This document shows, piece by piece, positions 13,217 through 27,310 of a DNA stretch of 64,000 nt (position 1 is its first letter; each line of letters opens with the position of its first letter). The position numbers and the translations under genes are program-made. This stretch comes from Octopus bimaculoides. Its lineage: Eukaryota. Under the pieces are notes generated by a model. It did not search any database, had not been told where the DNA came from, and worked only from the letters and a program-made list of their open reading frames with translations. The stretch spans positions 44,898,377 to 44,962,376 of the forward strand of contig NC_068993.1 in NCBI RefSeq assembly GCF_001194135.2, given 5' to 3'.

Positions 13217-16209
13217 GCTTTGTACAGTTTCTATCTTCAGATTCACTCACAAGGCACAGATTAACTTGGGGTCATAATAGAAGACATTTAACAAAGGTGC
13301 TGTGCAATGCAACTAATCTTGAAACCATGTAGATGAGAAGTGACCCTCTTAATCACTGAACCTAGAACCATGTGGTTGGGAAGCAATCTTCTTACCAAAG
13401 AAACTATTATGTTTTTGTTTTAGCTGGAGTAAAGTACAGTGGCATATGCAGATACATACTTTGCATTACTTATTTTGATTATTTTTGTTTTGTCAAGCGA
13501 TCATGTTGAAGACAGTTTTTGTATTTCATTCCTCTCCTCGTAATGCTTCTAATGCACTGAGGTCAGGTTTTACATTTCATTCCTCTCGGGTCAGTGAAAT
13601 AAGTACTTGTAATACACTTGGGAGTAAATCAGTCATTTATACCTGTTTCGCTTAACACATGCACAATGCCTAGTTTTGAGGGGGGAAAAAAACAAAACAA
13701 AAACAAAAACAAAAAATATCTTTATTATATTTTGTCGAGTAAACTTGTGTGATTGATTGTAAATAATTAACTTGACTTGATCAATAATTTGTAACAACTC
13801 ACTCATCGTACTTGGTACTTAAATTTAAAAGACATTTAAATTGAATATTCAATTTTTTAAGTATTATTCTTCATCCTGTTTCTCTCCCCTTCTCATCCTA
13901 CCTTTCTCTTTCTCCCTCTCCTCCTGCCCTTCATTTTGAAAAAATGGCTGATGTAATCACTTTTAAAACTTTTTGCTTTAATCATGTATTCTGACACACC
14001 TACTATTATAATAAATACTACTAGTCTCAAATTTATATAATTTTGCATAAGGCAATGATAATTATTATTCATCCAGTGTGAATTTTTTTTTTTTTTTTTT
14101 TTTTGAAAGAAATTCTCTTTAAAAATAAAAAATATTATTGAAGACAAAATTCCATTAAATTATGTAAAAAGAGATATTGCTGGAAAGAATATCAATTTGT
14201 GAAATTTGGTTGCTGAAGTGGTTGTAAAGTTGAAGTAATAATGGAATATGCATTGGTTAAGAAACTCAAGTCATGTAATCACAATTATTATATTGTGTGT
14301 CCTTTCAGTCTGCTACCATTAATTTCTCCGCCTTCTTAAGACACATTGACATATGCATCTTTTAAAATTATAAACCAGCAATGGAGCCTCTACACCGTCA
14401 TTCGGCCTACTAGAAATAGCTGCTGAATTTCCATCAAATCATTTGGATATGGCGTCACCACCTATTTGGTGTCACTGATTCTACACTAACTTATTTGACA
14501 GCAGACGATTTAATCTCTCTCTCTCCCTCTCTCTCTCNNNNNNNNNNCTCTCTCCCTATCTCTCTCTCTCTCTCTCTCTCTCTGTTTATGTATGTGTGTG
14601 GGACTGAATCTGGTTGCAAAGCAAGCTTATTAGCAACACAGCCATATTTCTCTTTATGTGTATGAAGAAAGGGAAAGTCTATGTCAATCAGGTTCATTTA
14701 ATACATTGTAATGTCTTTCCCTCTCTCTGTCTGTGTGAAAATATTTTTGCATGTTTGTGCATGTGTGTTTGTGTGATTGCCTCTGGTGCCAAAATGTACT
14801 GTCACCAAAACAGATTGAATGTCCAATTGGCTGTACTAATTCATCAGTGTCCAGTCAGCCATGTCCAACCATATTATTTCAAAGCGTCCTCCTGTCTTAA
14901 ATAAAGGGCACATTAAATAATGTAGGTCTATGTACTCTTAAAAAGGGAGGAGGGTCGAGGCTTTCATCATAGGTCTCTTGAGCTGAGCGAGGGCTAACTT
15001 ATGACTAAACAACAGTAACAGTCTTCAACGACTTATAATAATTTTTCATCCAATTAAATTCAGCTTTAAAAAACAAACATTTTAAATATTTACATCAAAA
15101 CTGAGTTTTAATCATTTTTATCTTGGATTGTCAACAGGTGACTAATTCCTGGATGTGTACATCATGCACAGGAAGGTGATCAGTGACCAATCTGGTTGAA
15201 CTGTAGAAATATTTTCTTGTGTCTCTTACTAGTTTCAGCCATTGGACTGCAGCCATGCTGGGGTATGCCTTGAAGGGTTTGGTCAAACAAATTAACCCCA
15301 ATGCTTGCTTTTTATTAAAATCTGGTACTTAATAACCTATCAATCTCTCTTGTCAAACTGCTAAGTTATGGGTATGTAAACAAACCAACATAGGTTGTCA
15401 AAGTGGTAGGGTGGGGAACACACATACACACACATGCACACACACATAGGTTTCCACACAGTTTCCGTGTACCAAGTTCACTCACAAAGCATTAGTTAGC
15501 CCAGAGCTATAGCAGTAGATACTTGCCCAAGATGCTCCACAGTGGGACTGAACCTGAAACCATGTGGTTGCAAAGCAAGCTTATTAACAACACAGCCATG
15601 CCTATAGATATTAAAATGGTTTCATCTCCAAAGATAATATTAATAGTTTGAAAAATGATAATCTTATTAGCAATAATAACACATTTAGACATTTAATATA
15701 TATATTTTTTTCTGTTTATATTTCTGTTTATGCTACGATTCCTACAGAAGTAGCAGACCATGATTAAGCTTACTGATTCTAGTGATTATCCCTTGTCACC
15801 TGATAAGTTATGCCCTCTTCATGGTTGAATGGTGGTTATATTAAAAGAGAAACAATTCATGTGTAAAAATTAATATCTTTCTCATGTGAGTAGGGAGGAA
15901 TGAAATTTCACTTATACTGGTTGAGGAAAATGAAAAATTATAAAAATAGAAGAGAAAAGAGGTTTTGTTTATCGATGTGATTTGGAAAAATTGTTTTCTA
16001 CTAAATTCAGTTGCAAATATTTTGTTCAAAGCTAATGTGTGAGTTTGTGTTTATGTGTGTGTGCATGTGTAATGTAATGTAATTTTTGTATACACACTGT
16101 GTGATTACAAATCTTTTGAAGAGAAAGTATGTAAGAATATCTTTAAAATATAGGGACTCCACAATTTGAATGGTGCTGCTGATCCTGAGATGGAGGACTT
16201 AAAATTGAA

Positions 16210-16432
16210 TGTCATTGGTTTAATAACTAGTTAGTCGATCCAATTGGCAGGGCCTCACGTCAATGCATTGGGCCAATGTGTTGTAAAACTGCTAAGAGGT
16301 AGACCGAGAAATGGTGCACATTCTCTCCTGATGATCCCTGAAACCTACTGACATCCAGTGTGAAACTTTTGATTGGCAGCACTTGCACAAATAAGCTGTT
16401 TGTAAGTCTCCAATACAGTTGGTGAGGTAAGA
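16210..16432 (+). promoter_or_regulatory. Candidate CCAAT-rich promoter / non-coding first exon ending at a GAG|GTAAGA donor (16426/16427)
   Basis: CCAAT/ATTGG at 16214, 16240, 16243, 16267, 16273, 16372 and 16410; TCACGTCA at 16255-16262; non-repetitive sequence. Confidence 0.3.
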
Positions 16433-16444
16433 AGAAAATGCCTG

Positions 16445-16668
16445 TTAACCATTTAGCATTTAAACCAACCACATCCGGCCTGAAAATTCTACCTCATCTA
16501 TGTTCAAACTGGTCAGATCTGGTCACTCACACCTATCATACAATGTTATTTAAAAATAAACAATCACATCGAAATCCCAAAGCTGCAAGATAATGCATGC
16601 TTAATTCAAAACAATGTAAATAAATAAGCATTACATTTGACAGATTAATCTGAATGCTAAAGGGTTAA
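16445..16668 (-). mobile_element. piggyBac-like MITE family 1, opposite orientation
   Basis: TTAA|CCATTTAGCATT ... AATGCTAAAGGG|TTAA; interior is the reverse complement of 29487-29711. Confidence 0.8.
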
Positions 16669-19600
16669 TCATGGTTTAATGGTAAATGGGAGCAGTTTTC
16701 TATTTTTTTCTGTCTTTGAGTTTTGGTATTCTGTCTGTAAAGGAAGTTACAGTGGATAAGATACCACTTCTTGAATAAAGATTCATAAGTCTGTTTTCTT
16801 ATTACTGGTGCTATGTTTAGTGTTTGTTTAGTAAAATGACTCCAAGCTCATTCAAATGTCTTTAACATGGAATATGTTCTACAATGTTTTACATTACCCC
16901 TGCATCGAATTGCATTGCACTCCAGGTGGATTTTAAAGTGAAAAGTCTAATCAACTTATATATTTAATGTTCATTTCCATGCTGGCATGGCCTGGATGAT
17001 TTGACAAGAGTTGGCAAGTCAGAAGACTATACTAAGCACTACTGTCTTCTTTGGTATGGTCTCTATGGCTGGATGACCTTCCTAATGCCACCCACTTTAC
17101 GAAGTGTACTCACACACACACATACACACATTTATAGTCTGTCTGTCTTGATCTTACTTAGAATATGAGTTAATTAAAAGCAAAACTATAAATATTTGTA
17201 ACACATTGCAGTTAGTCAGTTTCTCATTGACTAAAATTCTGCTCAAGTATATTTTATTTCATGTATTAGTTTTGTAGCATATTTTGTTTAAAAAAAAACT
17301 ATAGCACCAATACTGTATGTGTGTTGTGAGTGTGTGTGTGTGTGTCTTTTGTGTATGTGTGTTGTGTGTGCGTATTATGAATTAATACATATAGTTGTAT
17401 TGATATGTAAAATCAATGATTCATTCTATAACTACACAAACTTTGACTTGTGGCAATTGAGAAAATTTGTGTGAAACTTTAAGTAACTATTGACTGAAAC
17501 AGTTACTTTATTTTAATCAATATACTCTACCACTTGTATTGAATACTCTTTATCTCATTTGCTTTTCAAAATATAGACATGATGATGATCATCATCATTT
17601 TAAGTTTATATTTCCATCCATAGGTTGACTCGAAGGACTGCAGAGGTGTAGCAGCAAAAGACTTTGACAATTCAGTCAATTAATAAAAAAAATTACAACC
17701 CTTGTCATCGTTTTTGCTAGCAGAACACAGCAATATATGAACGCGTGGGAGAGAGAGAGAAAGAGAAATGCATATATACACATTCATTTTCTGAGTTTCA
17801 GTTTAATTATTTGAACATAAAAGAGGTCAAAGATAATTTTTCTCTGGAGATAAATCTGTAGAAATTATCTTGGAATCCATATTTGTTTGACTCTAACCCA
17901 CTTAAATGTTCAGTATTACCAGTCTCTCTCCCACTTCCTCTCTCTCTCTCTCCTTCCTTCTCTCGCTCTCTCTCTCTCTTTCCCCTTCTCTGTCCAATTT
18001 CAATTATCTTACTGAAAGTGACTTAATTACAGATATTTTATATTCTCAAAGCGTTTTTTTTTTTAGAATTATATTCCAAGACCTCCTCTTATCCTTCTCC
18101 TTTCTTTCACTCCCCCCCTCTCTCTCTTTCGTTTTCTCATGCTCCTGATTTTATTGCTCTTCCTGTCTCAAAAATCTGTTTTCTTCTCCGTATGTTATCA
18201 CTGAAAGTGATTTGTTTCAGATGGTTATGTGTTTGACAAGCTACATTTTTGTAGCATTTAATTTGATACTGTTATGAGTTCAGTCTATGCCATTTCAAAT
18301 CAATGGCATTAATGCCAACAATGGCACTGTAATATCTTTGGGGACAAATTATTCTTGTGCTGAAATCAAGATTCTTGATGTTGACTTGTGTGTTGTATCT
18401 TGGAGTCGGGTGGAGGAGAGTCACTATAACAATAATAAACACACACTGATTCTATTTCACTTTTTTAGTATTTATTTGTGAATTGGTTAACTATTTAATC
18501 AAATAACTATTCAATTGATTGATTAATCCCTTGGTTAATCAATCAGTCCATTTTCTCAGAGTCCTTTTGTTGCCATTCATAACCTCAGTGATATGCCCTC
18601 TCTACTCTAACTCTGCTTCAGGTTTGTCTAACAAGTTGACAACTAAATAACAAAGAAGTAAACTAGAACCAGTCCTTCTGTTTATTATTGGCATTGAAAC
18701 CCTCCTGAGATACAACAAAATAATAAAATGTTGTACCAAATATTTGGCAGGTCACAAGTCTTAGCTCAAATTCCTTTAGAGTTGAGTTAACCTCTTTATT
18801 TATTTTGTAGTAATGCTATAATATGTATGGTAATATGAAAGGGAGCATTCAGCTGACTTGGGTATTCATCTGTAATAGTTACATGTAGTTGCAATTCTGT
18901 GTGTGTGTGATTATAAAACCAAGATCAATGACTTGATAAAGTATTAATTCATTGACAAGAGGAATTTGAGTTAAAATATTTATATGGAGTCATTATATAA
19001 GTGTTAGTAACTATCTATGATGTTTATGAATGAGTTAAGTTCCTGAAAAACTTGAGCAAAACTTGAGATTTTCTGTGAGTAGTTCTCAGTTTTCAGTCAT
19101 TGGACTATGGCCATACTGGAGCACTGCCTTTATTATTCTAAGCTGATAACATCAGCAACAGTACTTATTTCAGTCTGAAACTTATTTTAGTGTTATCTAT
19201 TTAATAAAAGTGGTTAATTTCCGTTTTGACTTAAAAGGATGCAATTTGAATAATTTTACACCAAGACGCACTTGCTCACATGCACACACATACACATACA
19301 AACACTTACACGTACATAGACACACACATTCACACTTGAGACAAGCTTCTGCAGTGTGTCTGTTTACTCTATTTCACACTCAAGGCATTAGTCAATGCAA
19401 GGCTATAGGAGAAAACACTCTCCAAAGTGCTACATTTCGAGTTCAGATCTTACCAAGATGATTTTGCCTTTCAGTTTTTTTCTCCTGGAAGTCAGTAAAA
19501 TAAGTATATGACAAGTACTGTAATTGATCTAATCGATCATACTCATTTTGTACAAATATATATCTCTAGTTTCCGTGTTAGAAATCATTCTTGCACAATA

Positions 19601-20490
19601 CTATAGTCAGTAAAGGATTCAAAGTGGTTAATACGAATCTCTTTGATCATAGTTCTGCTGGAATCTCTTTGATCATAGTTTTGCTTCAGATTCGTTAAAA
19701 CAAATACCTTAACACTTAGTGTCAATTTCCGCAGTTCTTTCATTTTTAATGGTTTCATTATTTGTACAAAACAGTCGTGACCTCTTGTTCATTTAGAGCT
19801 GAGAGTTGTCTAAGAAAATATCCATTTCTAAACGTGTAATCTAACAAAGACTAAGTATTGCCTATAGCAGAATAGAGGCAATGAGGTCTTAGTATGAGTG
19901 TCAGCCACTTTCCTGAGTTTCCTGAGAGATCACAATCTTTCAGATGTTTTATGAAAATATTAATGAGATGATTGTGCAGGTGTGGCTGCAGGGTAAGAAG
20001 TTTGCTTTCCAACCACATGGTTTTGGGTTCAATCTTACTGTGTGGCACCTGAGGCAAATATCTTCTAATATAGTCCTAGGCTGACCAAAGCCTTGTGAGT
20101 GGATTTGGTAGATGGAAACTGAAAGAAGCCCATCATGTATTCTTTTGCTTTTATTTTGTTTCTTGTTTCAGTAAGTTGACAGTGGCCATGCTGGAGTACC
20201 TGTCTTGAAGGGTTTTAGTCAAAGAAATCTAACCCAGGACTTAATTTCTTTTTGTAAGCCTAGTCATTTGACTGCGGCCATGCTGGAGCACTGCCTTTAG
20301 GCGAGCAAATTGACCCCAGGACTTATTTTTTGTAAGCCTAAGCTTAGCACTTATTCTATTGGTATCTTTTGCTGAAGTGCTAAGTTATGGGGACGTAAAC
20401 ACACCAGCATCGGTTGTCAATCAATTTTGGTGGGACATATACACACACACACACACACACAAACATATACACATACATACATACATAAAT

Positions 20491-20572
<82 letters not shown>

Positions 20573-21083
20573 GTATATATACACGACAGGCTACTTTCAG
20601 TTTCCATCTACCAAATCCACTCACAAGGCTTTGGTTGGCCCAAGGATATAGTAGAAGACACTTGTCCAAGGTGCCACACAGTGGGATTGAACCTGGATCC
20701 ATGTGGCTGGTTAACAAGCTACTTACCACACAGCCACTTCTGCACCTATGTCAAATTTTTAACTAGATCTCTTGTAATTTCTGGAAGAGATTTGAAACCA
20801 CCACCTATGTGTTGTATTACTACTTCTCAACACCCATGCCTACTGGCTGAATCTCCAGTCAGCTGGACAAAATCATCAGTGCCCAAGGATCTCATTCCAA
20901 TATATGAAAACTCAGCATGAACATAATGGTCAAAAGACACTTAAACGTAGGTAATATGCATCTCAATCTCGTTCCCCCTCACTATCATCATCTTTATATC
21001 TTTCACACACACACACACACACACAACTAGATGCTCACACACATAATCAGATTGAGTGAGAGACATTGCAATTTATTAGTTGA

Positions 21084-21114
<31 letters not shown>

Positions 21115-22224
21115 TTGCATAAACATTTTCCCCCTCCTCAGATACAAAAAGAGAAATGTGCTTACACACATAAACAGAGAGTGAAAGAGAGAGAGAGGAT
21201 GCAGAGAAAAGAAAAAAGAAAAGCATTAAAATGTCTGGTGTCAAATAAGTCAATGTCAAGTCATTGATGCAAATCTGGCGCCAAGACATCTCCTATTCTC
21301 CATGCCTCGCTCTCCTTTTATTTTTTATGTTCTCATTGGTAACTCATCTCCTTTCCCATTAATGCATGACCTTACATTGTTAAAAAGAGAAGAAAACAAA
21401 AATGCATCCATCTTCAAAAAGCCTTTTCCAACCAAACAGCTGTTGAAATATCTGGTTGCAGCATTATGCCACCTACACCAAAATAGAGAGATATAATTCT
21501 TTCTAGACATAGTTAAAAAATGAAGATAATGATGACTTAAAAAGTTTATCAATATGTTTCTCCTGGTTTGATGTCCATATGATATCTCCAGCTGTTACCA
21601 TCTGTTTGATATTTTATGTCTAATGTTGTGTCAGAAGGTGGTAGCGTAAATATTTGTAATGAGATAGTTTAGAATGAAGGTTGTATGGTGGTCGATATTG
21701 TAAAACATTGCACTGAACAGCTAATTGTTGAGTTCACTACTTTCCATTACTAAGTTCAAATAATTGCACTACAGTTGATTTTGACTTTTATTTCTTTGGG
21801 CGGGTGAACAGTAACAGAAATAAAGACCGATAGAATAAGTACTAGACTTTAAAAATAAGTATTGGGGTTGATTTGTTCAGTTAAACTCTTCAAGGTAGTG
21901 CCCCAGTATGGCCCCAGTCCAATGACTGAAACAAGTAAAAGATGAAGATACATTCTCAAATATGTTCTATTGAAAGAAATTATCCTTAAGGTGACAGTTT
22001 TAAAGTAATTTAATAATTATATGTTCTGAATGTGAAATTTCTGGTTGTATTTTCAAATCTATCTTTGTTGAGGTTTTGTATTGTATTTACATTCAGTAAG
22101 TATTAGAAACAAGAAAAAAATCACTGTCAAGTGTTTCTCATCTTTTTTTGAGCTATTAGTGTCTTAGTACTCTTTAGAGTTACACCAACCATCACTCTCA
22201 GATATTCATGTTAGAATAGAAAGA

Positions 22225-22640
22225 AGGTGTGATCAAGGAGTTTCTCCAGGTTGAACTATTTCACCACATTGAGAGGTTGCAATTCTGGTACTGCAATCAT
22301 GTGGTTAGAATGTCACAGGAAAGAATCGATTTTTCAAACTGAGCCAATGTGCAGGAGACTTAAGAGTAAACTAAGAATACAATGGTTGGATGATATCCAT
22401 GATCACAGATCTGGTACTGCATTGATGTCATTAGAATGTCAAAGGAAAGAATCACAAGATGATTTTTCAAGCTGAGCTAACAAGCAGGAGATGTAGGAGT
22501 AGACCAAGAATATGATGATTGGATAATATGCATAGTCTAAGTTGCTCATGCTTGCAAATACAGCCATAAAGTATAATGGTGGTTGGTTCTGATAGGACCC
22601 TATGAAGGAGGTGCTTCAGGACTACTCCCAAAACACTCCC
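22225..22640 (+). mobile_element. Decayed 3' end of an RTE-clade LINE with an internal ~126-bp tandem duplication
   Basis: Frameshifted translation HIERLQFWYCNHVVRMSQERI...IFQTEPMCRRLKSKLRIQWLDDIHD resembles the RTE ORF2 C-terminal motif (RW.GHV.RM...R..GRPR.RW.D). TCTGGTACTGCA recurs at 22284 and 22410. Confidence 0.75.
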
Positions 22641-23125
22641 AGGAATAGTAGGTGGAGAAGAACAGATGGAAAGCACAAATACTTTTGTATGTTAGCTAAT
22701 CGTCATTGTATTACACTCAGCATTATATTGATATCTTCCTGAATGAGAATGTCTCATTGTTTGAAGATATCATGTCTACATTCATTGACCATTGATAATT
22801 TGATGACAAAGGATTCTTTGTACAGTGCTTGTCAACTGAGGACATTTTCACAATACCTTGTTGGTCGACATAATATATCTTATTGACGTCTTGATCATCT
22901 TGTTGTCAGTATTCTTTGTAGATAAATTACTAACAGTTGATATCTTGTCAATATCTTGACGACAGACATTTGTATGATGCTTTATTGACTGATAGACAAT
23001 ATAGTCATCTGTTGTTAACTGGGAATATCTTATTGATATAACAACTCTCTGCAGATAATATAACGTCAGCAGATGACGTTTTGTATCATATTTTATTGAT
23101 AAACATTTCTGTTTTTAAGAGAAAA

Positions 23126-23164
<39 letters not shown>

Positions 23165-24423
23165 GCTATTCTGTCTTTTTTTACTTTTACTTGTTTCAAT
23201 CAAGCCATGATGGGTTTAGTGAAACAAACAACCTCCAGTACTTATTTTTTAACTCTGATTCTTATTATATCGATCACTTTTGTTGAACTGCTAACTTATA
23301 GGGATACAAACAAACCAACACCGGTTGTCACATGGTGATGGGGGACAAACATAAAGACACACACAATCACATGCATATACATACGTGACAGACTGACACA
23401 CTCTTTCCTTCTACCAAATTCACTTACAAGGCTTTAGTCGGCCCATGGCTATAGTAGAAGACACTTGCCCAAGGCACTGTGTAGTGGAACTGCATCTGGA
23501 ACCACTTGGTTGCCAAACCCCAAAAATACATATTGGGTTTCATTATTAAAGTATTGTTGATTAAAAAAAAAAAAAAATGTAAATTGTCACTAATTAGAGA
23601 GAGGAAAGGTGTTGTGTGAAAGGTTTATATTTCTGTGTGAGATTTTTGTCTGTTAGGATATCTTTTATACTGATGATAGTTTATTTATTCTCTAGCTTGG
23701 CACTTGCTATAATTTTGATAATATAAGTGTGTGTGAATGAGTGAGTTAAGACAACCAGTTATAGATAACTAGTCAGTGGCTCATGTTTTCTTATTGCCAT
23801 TGCTTTTATCAGAGCTGAGATGCTTCTGTTTCAGCTGTCTTAGTTCACCTTGCTGTGCATAAATACTGCTAGGTAGGAATGATTTGTAAATAGGTATTAT
23901 AGGAGGAAGATAATTTGGAGGTATTTAGTTCAATAATTAACTTCTCTCTTTCATAAAAGATATTGTTTGAAATGTAACTGAACAAAAAATATTCTGAAAT
24001 AAAATTATGAAAAACTGTTTTTGTTTAAATATGGGCATTTTAAAATGAGGCAGTTTTGTTTCATAGAACTAGTTGTGGTCCTAGGTAGGTTGTTACCTAA
24101 AGGATTAATAAAGGATAGGAGCAAACTCCCAGTCTTTTGACCCCTACCTGACTCACTTCATGCCAATCACTGTAGTTTACTTAGGCAGCTGTCATAATCT
24201 AAAACAAACATTTTAATCAGAAACAGTAGAATAATGTGACATTTCCATCAACTTAAGCTTTTCAAATCTACTCTAAGCACACACACACACACAACTCTCT
24301 CTCTCTCTCTCTATTTCCCTCCCTCCCTCCCAGCAGCTCATATATGCAAAAATGGCTGCATAAGCAAAAATAGTCTCATACATACACTAAATCAGCTACC
24401 CATGTATGCTGACAGCCATGTAA

Positions 24424-24460
<37 letters not shown>

Positions 24461-26908
24461 CAAAGTCAGTTATATGCTACACACATATGCAGACTGACAT
24501 ACACACATACACCAAAGCAGCTTTATGCATATCTAGACAGTTACACATTTACACACAAACATGCACACACATTCACATGTTTGTTATTTTTTTCTTAATA
24601 TTTGTTATGATTTGATTTTACAATTTTAAACATTCACAAGAATTAATTTGAATTATTTACTGAAGTAGTTTCACATAAGATAGATAGACAAGTGACACCA
24701 AGTCTTTTTTGCATTCAAAGGACCTGTTCTACACTACAACTGAAAGGGACTTGTAAATCAGAAAATCTGAGTTGGTGAATTTCAAGACTCCCAGATCTTT
24801 GTCCTGATCCTTGATCTTGTCAGTATACAGCAAAGTTCTGCTAATCTGGTTCTCTTGAAACCTGGATAATAAATTATCAAATATGTCAGTACATTGGAAC
24901 TCAGTCTTAAAAAAATACCAAAAAATAAATCATTTTTAGCCAGATAGTCATCTAATTATCATCATCATCACTTCATATTTCTTTTCAATGCTGGCAATGG
25001 TTTGGATTGTTTGACAGGAACTGGTGAGCCAGAGGACTGCGACAAGCTTCAGTGTCTGCTTTGACATGGTTTCTATGGTTGGATGCCCTTTATAGAGTAT
25101 ACTGAGTGCCTTTTTATGTAGTGTGCTGGTTCTGTGACGTCAGTGAGTAACTTGCAAAACAAAACCCCCTCAACTGAGGAGAGAAGTAGTATTGAGAGTG
25201 GTAGCTTTATGCCCGGTTTTGTGAAGTTAACATATAATAGAAGGACAGGAACAAGTGTCTTGCTGTAGGGAAGATCCTTGCTGGAAAAGAAAGAGTATGG
25301 TTGTGAAGCTATGTCATAGCATATCATCAAATTACAAGAAGATAGATATAAGAGAAGTGGAAGGAAACTATATTTTTCAGCAACCTCAGTTAATATTTGC
25401 CAGCTTCTTTTCATCAGATAAATTAAGTTTACTTATGCCATGTCTTATTTTAAAGTTTCTTACAAGGAACCTGCAAGTCTAGGCTATACTCTTATCTTTG
25501 TATAATTTCTTGGCATTTTCAATAACTATTGGTTCTGCAGTTGGAATACAATAAAAAATTTTTAAAAATTGTTTTAAGATGTTGGTCTTATAAGGCCAGT
25601 TACTTTGGTTTCCATGGTGTATAAGTGGCTAAGATCACATCAGAATAATAAGCAGTAATTTTAATACAGTCATCTTTTGACTTAGCCATCAACACTCCCC
25701 GACTACCCCTTCTTTATACAACAGTCAATTATCACTTACAGTTGATAGATTCCACTTGCCTGAGGACACATTGCAAAATGTTGATCCTCCAACCCTTGAC
25801 CTTAATGTTTTAGCCAGAAACCTAAAACCTATAAAATACTCAAACCATCATGAAACATTACAGCAATTATGTTTCAGGGATAATAAAAAAAAATGTGTGC
25901 CATGACATTAATGTCTGTAAGAATGATTGAGGATTTTTCCTGCTCCATCTACCCTCTGCCTTCTTGAACTTTGAAATATGTTTTACTACACTTCACTTGG
26001 TGTAAAGTATCTACTGAAAGAAGACAAAAGAAAATAAAGAGGAAAATACATATGAAATGTGAAAATACAAAAATTATACCAGGATTAATTACACTGTGTA
26101 ACCAGTTTTAATTAGTTGTTTTGTTTTTGTGATAGTGGTGATGGTGGTTGTTGAGTTATCAGTGGTGGTGGTGATGGTGATGTCAATAGTTATGTTAGTA
26201 GTGGTGATGTTGGTACTTATGGGGGTGGGACTGGTGTTGGTAGTTATGGAGATGGTGGTGGTGACGGTAATAGCTATGGTGTTGGTTGATTTAGTGAGGG
26301 TGATTTACTGGTGGGCGATTTATTTGTGCTGTTGCTGGTGTTTATATTACTAGGAGCAGTCTGTTGATGGTTGTTGAGACATTAATGGCTATGGCAGCAT
26401 GATTAGAAAGGAATTTAGTTGTTATTTCTAAGATGTTGAGTGAACACATAGATACTCTCTCAGTGTTGTGTTGTGACACCATATGTATTGTTGACACAGT
26501 ATATCTTGGCAGTTCTCTTCTTTCAATATTTTTTTGTGGATTACTTACTAACTGTTTATAACTTCTTGATATCTTGTCAATATCTTAACAAATGTTTGTG
26601 TATTTTATTGTTTGATGATAGAGTCATGTTCTTGACTGGGAAACTTTTTATTAATATAAGTTTCTGTTGATAGCACGATGTCAGTAGAGGACATCTTGTT
26701 GTTTCCCTGAATGTCTTGGTGATAAGTGTTAGCAGTTGCATTATTAATGTTGGTGGTAGGATGAATGTGATAGTCTAGGTATTGCTATTGTTCAGCACCA
26801 GTTCAACTTGGATCAAGCAGACCTATAGTGAAAGGTGTCTCACTTGTGACTGTGCTATCTTATTCTTTTCTTTTTAGCCATAGTATGCCGAGGACTACAG
26901 TATCTAAT

Positions 26909-27104
26909 CTTTTACTCATGTCAGTCATTAGACTGTGGCCATGCTGGGGCACCACGTTGAAGAATTTTTAGTCGAATGTATTGACACCAATACTTAATTT
27001 TTTTATTCTATTGGTCTCTTTTGCTGAACTGCTAAATTATAGGGATGTAAACAGACCGACACCAGTTGTCAAAAGGTGGTGGATGGACAAACACAGACAC
27101 AAAG

Positions 27105-27146
<42 letters not shown>

Positions 27147-27310
27147 CGACAGGCTTCTTTCAGTTTCCATCTTCTAAATACACTCACAAGGCTTTGGTTG
27201 GCCCAAGGCTATAGTAGAAGATACTTGCCCAAGGTGCCATACAGTGGGGCTGAACTCTGAACCATGTAGTTGGGAAGCAAACTCCTTACCACACAGCCAT
27301 GCCTGTGCCT
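26909..27310 (-). mobile_element. Full-length antisense family-B SINE with internal (TG)n
   Basis: Reverse complement of the 9200-9680 structure, with ACTTGCCCAAGGTGCCA and ACCACACAGCCATGCC at the head. Confidence 0.88.

Noticed and set aside
19635-19685. 26-bp tandem duplication (and a 19-bp one at 62731-62768)
   Set aside because: Ordinary slippage duplications with no further structure.
24730-26013. Minus-strand exon-like segments (24861 downward: FQENQISRTLLYTDKIKDQDKDLGVL...; 25953-26013 after a strong pyrimidine tract)
   Set aside because: Donors are weak or absent, frames close quickly, and no protein family is recognisable. KDLGVL could be a CR1-type LINE relic but is too short to call.
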